Positions 32,850 through 43,051 of a stretch of 64,000 nucleotides of DNA are shown here, one piece after another. How positions within the stretch are numbered: position 1 is the stretch's first letter; each line of letters begins with the position of its first letter. The DNA is from Candidatus Marinacidobacterales bacterium (GTDB taxonomy: Bacteria > Acidobacteriota > Vicinamibacteria > Marinacidobacterales > SMYC01), in NCBI GenBank assembly GCA_965237955.1, contig OZ250169.1, positions 5,824,001-5,888,000 of the forward strand, written 5' to 3'. The notes under the pieces were generated by a model, which ran no database searches, was not told where the DNA came from, and saw only the letters and a program-made list of their open reading frames with translations. A program made the position numbers and the translations under genes.

Positions 32850-33098
32850 TCCCTTTATAGACGAGATGTGGCCGCGTAACCTCCCGACTATTTAGAAAAA
32901 GTGAGCCGCCGCCCCTGAGTCACAGAGTCACACTGCAGCGCCGTAGACGATATTCGGAGGAGTAATCCTCCCTGACCGCTATGTTTTCTCGCAAGAAAGT
33001 CACGCCGGCTGGCGCTCAGACGGCGCGTGCGAATAAAATGTTTGAACCTTTTTTTGAACCTTTTTTTTGGATTAACGATTCTGGGCTGCGGCGACTGA

Positions 33099-34010
33099 TT
33101 AACGATTCTGGACGAACTGCCAGCCGAAGCGGCCTTTGATGCAGAGGTGTCCGTTCGTTACATCATGGTCCATGGGCGAGGTGACGCGGACGATCTCGTT
33201 GTCTTGGACTCGTAGCTCGAGATTGCAGCCGACGCCGCAGTACGGACAGACCGTGCGGGTCACGGATTGTTTCGATTCGTCCCAGGTGCCGGCCTCGCGG
33301 TGGTCGTACTCACTCTTGAACATGAGCGCGCCCGTGGGGCAGACCCCGATGCAGTTGCCGCAATAGACGCACGCCGAATCATCCAGGCGGGTGTCGAGCT
33401 CGGTGGAGATGCGCGCGTCGAACCCCCGGCCTGCCACCGCGATTGCGAACGAATTCTGGGCATCGACACCGCAGGCTTCGACGCACTTGTAGCAGAGGAT
33501 GCAGCGGCTGTAGTCGCGCACGTACATCTCGTCGTGGATCTTGACGGGCTGCGACACCGTTTCCGCGGTGGTGCCGTCGGTCGCGTGGTGGTGTCCCGCT
33601 CGGCGTCGGTCACGCGCGCCCGCTTCCGTCTCCGGCCCGGCCTTGCCGAATTTTTCCGGCTCGGCGCGGTAGAGCTTCATGAAGTCTTTGATGTCGTCGT
33701 CCGCGAGGGACATGTCGACCGAGGATGCGAGGAGCTCGAGAACCAGCTTCCGGCTATGGCGCACGCGCTCGCTATCCGTCTGAACCTTCATGCCCGGCTC
33801 GGCCATGCGCGAGCAAGCGGGCACGAGGGTGCGCGAGCCTTCGAGCTCGACCACACACACCCGGCACGCGTTCACCGGCGTGAGGTTCTCGAGGTAGCAG
33901 AGCGTCGGGGTCTCGACGCCCTTCTTGCGGCACGCGTCGAGGAGCGTCGCGCCTTCTTGGACGGAGACGTTGTCGCCGTCGATCGAAACTTCTACCGAGC
34001 GCTCGCTCAT
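33099..34010 (-). CDS. Formate dehydrogenase Fe-S subunit (NuoG/FdsA N-terminal part: 2Fe-2S, 2x4Fe-4S, Molybdop_Fe4S4)
   Basis: PTLCY..ACRVCVVE..AC, CILCYKCVEAC, CVYCGNCIGVCP, CPYCGVGC...LCIKGRFG. Confidence 0.88.
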   Translation of the reverse strand: MSERSVEVSIDGDNVSVQEGATLLDACRKKGVETPTLCYLENLTPVNACRVCVVELEGSRTLVPACSRMAEPGMKVQTDSERVRHSRKLVLELLASSVDMSLADDDIKDFMKLYRAEPEKFGKAGPETEAGARDRRRAGHHHATDGTTAETVSQPVKIHDEMYVRDYSRCILCYKCVEACGVDAQNSFAIAVAGRGFDARISTELDTRLDDSACVYCGNCIGVCPTGALMFKSEYDHREAGTWDESKQSVTRTVCPYCGVGCNLELRVQDNEIVRVTSPMDHDVTNGHLCIKGRFGWQFVQNR

Positions 34011-35870
34011 GGATTGGATTCCTCGGATGTCAGTAGGTTTTTCGCGAGCGCCGACTGGATCGCACTCGCCGCAGTGTGCCCGAGGCCGCAGATCGAGGCG
34101 TCTTTCATGACTCGAGCGAGCTCGTCGACGAGGGCGATGTCGGCGGCGTTGTTACCCCCGTTGATGTTGCTACGGACAAGTCGCTGCAAAGCTTCCTCGA
34201 CACGTACCGTGCCGACGCGACAGGGAACGCATTGACCACAGGATTCATCGCGGAAGAACGCGGCGACTCGAAGCAATATGGCCGACATATCGGCGCTATC
34301 GTCGAACACCATCACCACGCCCGAGCCGAGCGATGCGCCGATCGCACGCGTTCCTTCGAACGTGAGCTCGACGTCGAGCTCGTCGAGGCCGACGAACGTG
34401 CCCGCAGCCCCTCCGAGCAGGACCGCTTGAATGTTGCTGGCGCTTCCCGACTTGTCCAGAAGCTCCCTCAACGTGGTGCCGAACGGGACTTCATAGACAC
34501 CGGGCCGCTCGACGTGTCCGGAGACACAAAAGAGCTTCCCGGTCCAGACCGTGTCCGGAGACACAAAAGAGCTTGGGACCGGTGGAATCTTTGGAACCGG
34601 TTTGTGCGAACGCTGGGCCGCCTTCGCTCACGATGTCGAGAACATTGACGAGGGTCTCGACGTTATTCACCACGGTCGGCTTACCAAACAAACCTTCTTG
34701 AGTGGGAAAGGGCGGTTTGTTGCGGGGCTCGCCACGGAAGCCCTCGATCGAGTTGAACAGCGCGGTCTCCTCGCCACAGATGTACGCGCCAGCACCACAG
34801 CGGATCTCGATCTCGAAGCGGAAGCCGCCGCCCATCACATCGTCGCCAAGGAACCCGCGGCGCGTCGCCATGTCGATCGCGTTCTGAAGACGTTTCACCG
34901 CGAGCGGATATTCTCCTCGGATGTAGAGGTAGCCTCGCTCCGAGCCGGTCGCGAAGCCGGCTATGGTCATCGCTTCCACGGTCGCGAACGGGTCTTCCTC
35001 CATGAGCACGCGATCCTTGAACGTCCCCGGCTCGGATTCGTCGGCGTTGCAGACGATGTAGCGCGGGGTTGCCGGCGCTTTGGCGACAGCCTCCCACTTG
35101 ATCCCCATCGGGAACGCGGCGCCACCGCGGCCGCGCACACCCGAATCCTTCACCTCTCGGACGATCTTTTCCGCGCCGATGTCGACCGCACGACGAAGCG
35201 CGCGGTAGCCCCCGTGCTCTCGGTACTCGTCGAGGCTCGTCGGGTCGCAGAGCCCGACGCGGCGAAGTAGCCGGAGCCCTTGCTCTCGTGGCTCCTGCGT
35301 CTGCGGTGTGGACGGAGTCGGTTCAGGTCGCTTACCTTTACCCTCGAGGCCTGCCCGGATGCTGGCGACGTCCGCGTCCGTCAACGTCCAGTCCTCATCG
35401 CCTGCGAGCTGAAACAAGACAGCCGGTCCACGCTCGCATTGTCCGAGACACGGACTGCGATGCCACGTTCCGGAATCGAGTGTTCGCTCGAGCTCGTCGC
35501 ACAGAGCGTCGGCTCCCTTCAACTTGCAAGCGATGTCGTCGCAGACATGAGCGATGCGCTTCGGACGTTCCACGGTGGACAACAGTGCATAGAACGTCGC
35601 CACGCCGTACGCTTCCGCGGGTGGCACGGTGAGGCGGCGACAGATGTAGTTCAACGCGCCTGGGCTGATCCAGCCGATCTCGCCTTGCACGGCGTGGAGC
35701 GCGGGTAGCAACAAGTGGCGCTTGTTCTCCGCCGACTCGCGTCCGCCACGGACGACGTGCTCCTCGAGGGGCTCGCCCGGTATGTCGGTAGCCTCGGGCG
35801 CACCTATTAGCGCGTCCACGGCCGCACGCTCGTCCTCGGTGGGCGAGGCGTCCATCCAATGTAAATCCAT
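34007..35870 (-). CDS. Fused NuoE/NuoF-like NAD(H) diaphorase subunit, frameshifted by a 37-bp insertion
   Basis: GVATFY..CDDIAC, GRGGAAFP, NADESEPGTFKDR, GAYICGEETAL, ESCGQCVPCR; 25-bp direct repeat at 34513-34537 and 34550-34574. Confidence 0.85.
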
Positions 35871-35880
35871 GAAGTAATCC

Positions 35881-37767
35881 CTATGTTACTTCAATGCGAA
35901 TGGCCGTTGCTTTGAACTCCGACGTGCCCGACTTCGGATCCCAAGCTTCGATGGTGAGCTGGTTGATGTCCACCTCGTCGGGGAAATGAACCGTCATGAA
36001 CGCGAGCCCGGGGCGAAGGTTTTCGTCGAAGCGCACCGGCGCTTCGATCGAGCCGCGGCGGGAGGTGATCTTGACGCACTGACCCTCGGAAACGTTGTAG
36101 CGTTTTCCATCAGCAGGAGCAAGATCGAGCGTTTCTCCGTCCCGGATGGGCGAAGCGAAGCTTCCGGTCTGGACCCCGGTGTTGAATGAGTCGAGGCGAC
36201 GGCCGGTGGTAAGGCGGATCGGATACTCCTCGTTGAGCTCGTCCACGGGAGGAACGTGCTCGACCGGCGAGAACGGTGCGAGCCGTCCCTCCGCGGGTCG
36301 TTTCCACAACCGGCCGTGAAGGAACGGGCTTCCGGGATCGTTCTCGTCACGGCATGGCCACTGAAGCCCGCCGAGCTCTTCGAGACGGGCGTACGTCATG
36401 CCCGTGTGAAGCGGCGACAGGCTTCGAAGCTCGTTCCACGCGTCTTCTGCCGTCGGGACGTCCCAAACGTGTCCGAGCGCGTTTGCGAGCAAGCACACGA
36501 CCTCGATGTCGTCCTTCGCATCGCCCGGCGAATCGATCGCCTTGCGTACGCGCTGAACGCGGCGCTCACTGCTCGTGACCGTCCCTTCACTCTCGGCCCA
36601 GGCGGCGGAAGCAGGGAAAACAACGTCGGCGAGCGCGGCGGTTTTCGTCAAGAACAGATCCTGGACCACGAGATGATCCAAGCCCTCCAGAAGTTTCGTC
36701 GCATGGGCCACGTCCGCTTCCGACTGGGCCGGATTTTCGCCGATGATGTAGAGGCTCGTGAGATCGCCGCGCTCCATTGCTTCGAACATGAGCGAGAGGT
36801 GCCACCCGTTCTTGTCCGGAAGCTTCGTGCCCCATGCCTTCTCGAACTTCGCTCGATGCTCGGGGTTCTCGACGTCTTGGAATCCCGGGAACTTGTTCGG
36901 AATCGCGCCCATGTCGCCGCCACCTTGGACGTTGTTCTGTCCACGGAGTGGGACGACACCCGAGCCCCAACGGCCGACGTGGCCGGTCAGGAGCGACAGG
37001 TTGATGAGCGCGAGGACGTTGTCGGTGGCGGTGTGATGTTCGGTGATTCCGAGCGTCCAGCAGATCTGTGCGCGATCGGCCTTCGCGTACGCGTGCGCCA
37101 TTTCCCGAATACACTCGCGCGGCAGGGACGTGATCTTCTCGGCGTATTCGAGGGTGTACGGCTCGAGAGATGCCTCGTATGCCTCGAAGTCCGTCGTCGC
37201 ATTATCGATGAACGCGCGATTCTCTAGTCCCGCGGCGAGGATCTCGCGGCCGACGGCGTTGGCGAGTGCGATGTCGGTGCCCACGTCGAGACCGAGCCAG
37301 AGGTCGGCCCACTGCGCGGACGACGTGCGGCGGGGGTCGACCGTGAAGAGCTTGGCTCCGTTTCTGATACCTTTCAGGAGGTGGTGAAAGAAAATCGGGT
37401 GGGCATCGCGCGCGTTCGAGCCCCAAAGGATGATGACATCCGTCTCTTCAATCTCCTGGTAGGAGCTCGTCCCACCGCCTGCTCCGAAGACGTGCGCCAG
37501 ACCGGCGACGCTGGGAGCGTGTCACGTGCGGTTACAGCTATCGATGTTGTTGCTTCCCATGACGACGCGTGCGAACTTCTGTGCCATGAAGTTCATCTCG
37601 TTCGTCGACTTGGAGCAGCTGAACAGCCCGAAAGACGTACCCTTGTGCTTTTTAAAGCCGTTTGCCGCGCGCTCGAGCGCTTCGTCCCAGCTCGCGGGAC
37701 GGAGCGAGCCCCTGTCGCCATTGTCGCGCACCAACGGCTGCGTCAATCGCTTGTAGCCTTTTCCCAT
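35881..37767 (-). CDS. Selenocysteine-containing formate dehydrogenase catalytic subunit
   Basis: NNIDSCNRT-TGA(37524-37522)-HAPSV in frame with 35881..37284 (PLRGQNNVQG); SECIS with GGUCU loop. Confidence 0.9.
37480..37521 (-). promoter_or_regulatory. SECIS element of the FDH gene
   Basis: UGA CAC GCU CCC AGC GUC GCC GGU CUG GCG: CGCC-GGUCU-GGCG hairpin at the E. coli fdhF-like position. Confidence 0.75.
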
Positions 37768-37794
37768 GGCATCTACCTTTCACCCAGAATCTTA

Positions 37795-38007
37795 TCACGT
37801 AGGATGGAGCATGCTTTTTAGGGTCTTCAGAAGTAGTGCGGGAGCGAGGCGCGTCCAGAGTGCGACGCCGTTGGGGAGGGGATAGCCGGAAGCGACGCCG
37901 AGAGTAAACGGGTTCGTCGAAAAACGCATCGGACTCTGTCGGATCAGAAGCGCGGGGGCGGCCGAGGCCGTAGTTGTCACGAAACGGCGGCGTGAGACTC
38001 GTCCCAT
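37795..38007 (-). pseudogene. Alkaline phosphatase D (PhoD) N-terminal remnant
   Basis: SRRRFV Tat motif and PFTLGVASGYP.PNGVALWTRLAP, then abrupt end. Confidence 0.75.
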
Positions 38008-38078
38008 ATCGTAGCTCTCCTCCTGTGACCGCGCGGAGCCTGACATATTCTCTTGGTCGAACCGGGACGGTGTGATTA

Positions 38079-39392
38079 ATGTGGTGCATGGGTGTGGTGC
38101 TCGCTATGGTGGTTGTCGCTGCGACCGCGCTCCATCCACAAGTAACTGAGCAAGAGGAAAGCGAGCAGTACTTCGAGGAATCGGGCCGCGCCATCGAGCT
38201 CAAAACCGTTTGGGACTTTCGTTACGTTCGCACCGACGCGACCGCGAGTTGGCTCGAACGCGCGTTGGGAAAAGCGCGCTACGGCGGCGAGGGTTCAGAA
38301 AGGCGAAGCCTCTTCAGGGTCCCGCAAGCGTCGTTCGTCGTCGATACCCGACTCGCAAACAGTCTCACGACGCATCTCCACGTCAACTTGGATCTCGAGC
38401 GCCAGATTCCCGAAGGACGCTACGGGTGGGATCGCATTCGGTTGATCGAAGCGTTCGCCGACTGGCGATGGGCGTTCGACGCGCCGAGAGAGCTAAGAGT
38501 CAAAGGCGGGATGTTTTTCCCGCCGGTCTCGCTCGAGCACATCGGCGACGCGTGGACGACGTTCTACACGGTCACGCCGGCCGCCATCAACGCATGGATC
38601 GGTGAAGAGGTTCGGGCAACCGGCACCGAGTTGACGCTCGCGCACGTCGGCGTCGCGAATGAAGTCGGGGTCAAAGGAGCCGCGTTTTGGAACAGCGATC
38701 CGAGCGGTAGTCTCCTGGCGTACCGTGGCTTTGCAATCCACGATCGTCAGACGGGGTGGCGAGATCGATTGCCGTTGCCGCCCCTCCCGCCGCTCGATCC
38801 CGGCGGGATCTTCGAGCAACAAGCACCCTATGTCGAGCCGCTCGTCGAGATTGACGACCGCGCAGGCTACTACGGAGCGGTCTCATGGGAGAACTATCAA
38901 TTCTTCGAGGTGAACGCGCTCTATTTCGACAACCGCGGCATACCCGATCGCTTCGACGGCAAACAGTATTCGTGGAAGACCCGGTTCACCAACGTCGGCG
39001 GCGTGGCGTTCCTGCCCGCCGAAATGGAGATCCTCGGTCAGTTCATGAGCGGCGACACCGACATGGGCTTCCGCGGACCGGACGAGCCCAAAGTGACCGC
39101 AGATTTCCGCTCGTGGTATTTGTTATGGAGCATTCCATGGGACAGGCATCGCTTCAGCGTGCGCTACGAAGATTTCCGCGTCTGGGATCGGGATCGGTTT
39201 CGCTTTCCCAACAGCAGTAATGAGACAGGAAACGCGTGGACGTTCAGCTATCTCATGAGGATCGCGGGTCGACATCGCGTCGCGGTGGAGCTTCTCAGGA
39301 TCGATAGCATCCGCCCCGCGCGGGCCTCGATCGGGCTCCCGGTCGTGGCGGACGAGCTCATGTTGCAGCTGAGCTTGCGGATTCAGTTCTGA
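38079..39392 (+). CDS. Putative outer-membrane beta-barrel (porin-like) protein
   Basis: Signal peptide, amphipathic beta pattern, KGGMFFPPVSLEH, C-terminal F. Confidence 0.65.
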   Translation: MWCMGVVLAMVVVAATALHPQVTEQEESEQYFEESGRAIELKTVWDFRYVRTDATASWLERALGKARYGGEGSERRSLFRVPQASFVVDTRLANSLTTHLHVNLDLERQIPEGRYGWDRIRLIEAFADWRWAFDAPRELRVKGGMFFPPVSLEHIGDAWTTFYTVTPAAINAWIGEEVRATGTELTLAHVGVANEVGVKGAAFWNSDPSGSLLAYRGFAIHDRQTGWRDRLPLPPLPPLDPGGIFEQQAPYVEPLVEIDDRAGYYGAVSWENYQFFEVNALYFDNRGIPDRFDGKQYSWKTRFTNVGGVAFLPAEMEILGQFMSGDTDMGFRGPDEPKVTADFRSWYLLWSIPWDRHRFSVRYEDFRVWDRDRFRFPNSSNETGNAWTFSYLMRIAGRHRVAVELLRIDSIRPARASIGLPVVADELMLQLSLRIQF

Positions 39393-39394
39393 GG

Positions 39395-39779
39395 GCGCAC
39401 GGCGTCGTCGATGAAGTCGAGCGCCATATGGACCCCGGACGGCACCCGCATCATTTTCGGTGTCGCGGAGCCTGACCGAAACGCCCTCAATCTCCATTGG
39501 ATGCCGATCGATGGCTCGAGCCCGATGGACAGACTTGCGACGTCGGGCAATATCCAGAATGCGACCGATGTTTCTCCCGACGGTCGATTTCTCGTGTTCA
39601 CGGACAGTAGTCCGGAAACCGGGAGAGACATTTGGCTTCGCTCCCTCGAGGGCGACGATGCGCCTCGACCCTTCTTGAACACACAGTTCGATGTTGTGAT
39701 ACTATCCGCGAGCGGCGCAAAAGATAGTTGGTCGTGGCTTCCAATCGACGCAGGTACCCAAGCCTGGGGGTCGGTGTAG
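39395..39779 (+). pseudogene. TolB/PD40 beta-propeller fragment
   Basis: WTPDGTRIIF, VSPDGRFLVFT...RDIW...PFLNT; no start context. Confidence 0.6.
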
Positions 39780-39939
39780 TTACTTCTCCGCGCAGCAGCA
39801 ACGACAGCCTTCCTATGAGCGAGCAAAGGCCGGAACTGCCCCTTTACTCTCCGGCTCCCGATTGAGGGCCCTCCGCTCGTAGCTTGAAATGGGCTAGGGG
39901 ACGGAGTCTGCCCGCTCAAGGATTGGTCAAGGAAATGGA

Positions 39940-40818
39940 ATGGGTCAGTCATCGGTGATTAGTGACAGGATTGAGGACGGGGAGCGTTCACACGCGGTCC
40001 CATTTGAATCCGTCGTCCCCGGAATCCTTGCCAACTTACATGGCGAGCTCCGAGAAGAGCTTCAGGCATGGAAAGACAGGCCCGACCCCGGGCGGAAGAA
40101 TGCCAAGGGAGACATCCAGCGCTCCTTTGACCTCGCCGCCGACGAGTGCGTGCGGAGCTATCTCGAACGGGCGTTTCCTGCTGGTGTGCTGCTCTCGGAA
40201 GAGAGCGATGAGAGAAGATTCGGCAGAGGAGAGCCCCAGTACCGTTTTGTAGTCGATCCCGTGGACGGTTCGGACAACTTCGCTCGGCGACTGCCGCTCG
40301 CGGCACTCAACATAGCGGTGCTTCCTGTCGAAGGGCCTCTGTCACCGGAACAGGTCCTTTTCAGCGTGGTCGGAGATCTTCGAGACGAGAGTCCGATTCT
40401 GGCCGCACGAGGAGAGGGTGCTCATCGCGGCAGCATGCGGTTAAAGACCTCGTCGGTTGCCAGTCTTTCCAAAGCCTTCGTTTCCTGCGAGCTCAATCAT
40501 TTCGCACCTCCGCCGCAGCTCGGAGCGCTGCTGCGCCAGGCCCGGGGGGTGCGGTCCTACGGGTGCTGCTCGCTTGCCCTTAGTCTCGTGGCCTCTGGAG
40601 CCATCGACGCGCACGTGGATGTGCGTGATCGATTGACACTAGAGAGCTTTCTGGCCGCTTCACTTGCCGTAGAAGAGGCCGGAGGCTCGGTCGTAGACCA
40701 GAAAGGCAATCCGCTCGGTGCTCTGACGGGGCTCGCGCACCGTACCAGTCTGATCGCGGCGGCAAGCTCTGAACTCGCCAATGAGATCGTGAATGTCCTC
40801 GCTCCATCCGATTCCTGA
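39940..40818 (+). CDS. Inositol monophosphatase / FBPase family protein
   Basis: LSEE, VVDPVDGSDNF, RSYGC, EEAGG. Confidence 0.85.
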   Translation: MGQSSVISDRIEDGERSHAVPFESVVPGILANLHGELREELQAWKDRPDPGRKNAKGDIQRSFDLAADECVRSYLERAFPAGVLLSEESDERRFGRGEPQYRFVVDPVDGSDNFARRLPLAALNIAVLPVEGPLSPEQVLFSVVGDLRDESPILAARGEGAHRGSMRLKTSSVASLSKAFVSCELNHFAPPPQLGALLRQARGVRSYGCCSLALSLVASGAIDAHVDVRDRLTLESFLAASLAVEEAGGSVVDQKGNPLGALTGLAHRTSLIAAASSELANEIVNVLAPSDS

Positions 40819-41263
40819 GACCGCGAGATAAGAGGCGAACCTAGCGTCCCCACCGTCGTTATGTTGGCGGCCGTGGAACCTGGCCAGAAACCGGCGGAAG
40901 GCACGTTCGTAGGCCACCCACGCTGCGACCGCCGACCGTATGTGTAAATATATCTGACATTATTGACGGATACACGTAGTTTGTGTTACAGTTCAGACGT
41001 CCCTGAGAAGGTGCGGGAGCCCAGGGATGGCCCAGCAGCTGAAGGAGATCGGTAGTATTCTCCCACCCCTGGTGGATTTTTTTCCGAGAGCGTGGCACCA
41101 GGCGAGAAAGCGGCGGAGGGCACGCTCGTACGCCACCCGCACGGCGAAAGTCCGCCCAGGCTGCGGCCGCCGGCCGTAGGGTGTAAAAATATCTAACATT
41201 GTTGACGAGCATCCGATATCGTGTTACAGTACAGCGTCCCTGAGAAGGAGAGGGAGCCTAGGC

Positions 41264-41653
41264 ATGGCCGAGAAACTGAAGGATATCGGTAGTATTCTCC
41301 AGAAAGCGCGGACGTCACGCGGTTTCACTCAGGCTGAGATCGCACCTCAGCTCGGTGTCTCACGAGCCACCGTCGCCCAGATCGAGACAGGGCGGCGATC
41401 CTTGAAAGCTGAAGACCTGCGGCGGCTAGCTGCCTTCTACGGCTGCAGCCCCAGCGAGCTCCTGCCCCGGGCTACCAACGACGAGAAAGTGGATGGCCCT
41501 GCCGAGCTGTTCCGCTCCCATCCTGATCTCACCCCCTGGTGGATTTTTTTCCGAGAGCGTGGCACCAGGCGAGAAAGCGGCGGAGGGCACGCTCGTACGC
41601 CACCCGCACGGCGAAAGTCCGCCCAGGCTGCGGCCGCCGGCCGCAGGGTGTAA
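41264..41653 (+). pseudogene. Truncated copy of the XRE regulator (HTH only)
   Basis: First ~89 codons match 41731.., then run into the repeat junction. Confidence 0.75.
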
Positions 41654-41668
41654 AAATATCTAACATTG

Positions 41669-41697
41669 TTGACGAGCATCCGATATCGTGTTACAGT
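41669..41697 (+). promoter_or_regulatory. Sigma70-like promoter (also at 41202-41230, and 40963-40992 with 18-bp spacer)
   Basis: TTGACG-17 bp-TACAGT; both hexamers conserved in the diverged copy. Confidence 0.7.
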
Positions 41698-41730
41698 ACC
41701 GCGTCCCTGAGAAGGAGAGGGAGCCTAGGC

Positions 41731-43038
41731 ATGGCCGAGAAACTGAAGGATATCGGTAGTATTCTCCAGAAAGCGCGGACGTCACGCGGTTTCACTCAGG
41801 CTGAGATCGCACCTCAGCTCGGTGTCTCACGAGCCACCGTCGCCCAGATCGAGACAGGGCGGCGATCCTTGAAAGCTGAAGACCTGCGGCGGCTAGCTGC
41901 CTTCTACGGCTGCAGCCCCAGCGAACTCCTGCCCCGGGCTACCGACGACGAGAAAGTGGATGGCCCTGCCGAGCTGTTCCGCTCCCATCCTGATCTCGCC
42001 GAAGATCGGGGGCTGAGCTCCTTCGCCGGTGTGTGCGCGATGGCGAGAGCTCTCACCCAGCTGGAATCAAGACTCGAGATCGACGTCCTGGCACACCCGC
42101 TTCCTTTGTACAGAATCGAGCGCTCCGATTCGCCGTGGCAAGCGGCGCGGCAAGGACATCGCATCGCGGAGGATGAGCGGCGCCGCCTAGCACTTGGAGA
42201 GGGGCCCGTCCGTTTCGTCGACGAACTGCTCATGACGTCGGGCGTTCGTTCGGCCAGGGCGACTCTGCGTAAGGGAATCATCTCGATTTCCATCGCTGAC
42301 CCGGACCACGGGCTTCTCGTTGTGGTCGACAAGAATCTTAGTCTCGAACACCGCCGCTTTAGATACGCACACGGACTTGCTCATTTCCTGTTCGATACCG
42401 AAGCGCCGTGGCGGGTATGCATTTCTGGCGCGACGCCTGATCTTGTGGAGCTGAGGGCCGACGCTTTTGCAAGCGGCCTTCTGATTCCCCAGCATGGCCT
42501 GCGTCGGTACGTGGAGACCCTCGGCAAGGAGACCGTGGGACGCGCTGGTCCCACGGTGCTCTCCGTGTTTTCAGAGGGCGACGGTCACGACAAGAAGGGC
42601 GAGAGCCGTCGGGTGGATGGTCGCCAGCGCAAGGGTTCTCATCCCATCACCTTGTCGGACGTCCTCCGCACGGCTCACTACTACGGCACGAGCCCTAGAG
42701 TGGCTGCACATCGTTTGAGGAACCTCCGGCTGTTAACGGAACGGGAGCTCGATCAACTAGAAACGATGTTGCAGAGTGAAAAGCATGCGCCCATCGACAG
42801 GGAACTCGCGCTACCGCCGCCAGCACTCCACGAGATGGACTCCCTTTGTTCTCGACTGGCGGTGCTGGCGGCCAGTGCACTCCATCGGGGGAATATCGAT
42901 GCCCCCCGATTCAACGAGCTAGCGGATCTCGCGGGAGTTCGCGTCGCCGACCGAGAGCGTATCTTGGCCATTACGGCGACGCCTCCACGACTAGAGCGTG
43001 AGACTTCTAGCCAAACATCCGAGGCGACGCCTCATTAG
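41731..43038 (+). CDS. XRE-HTH + ImmA/IrrE (peptidase M78)-like regulator
   Basis: TQAEIA..LGVSRATVAQIETGRR; RRFRYAHGLAH; ELRADAFASGLLIP. Confidence 0.85.
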   Translation: MAEKLKDIGSILQKARTSRGFTQAEIAPQLGVSRATVAQIETGRRSLKAEDLRRLAAFYGCSPSELLPRATDDEKVDGPAELFRSHPDLAEDRGLSSFAGVCAMARALTQLESRLEIDVLAHPLPLYRIERSDSPWQAARQGHRIAEDERRRLALGEGPVRFVDELLMTSGVRSARATLRKGIISISIADPDHGLLVVVDKNLSLEHRRFRYAHGLAHFLFDTEAPWRVCISGATPDLVELRADAFASGLLIPQHGLRRYVETLGKETVGRAGPTVLSVFSEGDGHDKKGESRRVDGRQRKGSHPITLSDVLRTAHYYGTSPRVAAHRLRNLRLLTERELDQLETMLQSEKHAPIDRELALPPPALHEMDSLCSRLAVLAASALHRGNIDAPRFNELADLAGVRVADRERILAITATPPRLERETSSQTSEATPH

Positions 43039-43051
43039 AGAAGGAGCATTC

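Larger units (their letters stand above)
40871..41997 (+). repeat. Triplicated promoter plus 5' end of the XRE gene (one diverged copy, then a 467-bp tandem duplication)
   Basis: 41066-41530 nearly identical to 41533-41997; 40871-41062 is a diverged shorter copy. Confidence 0.9.
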
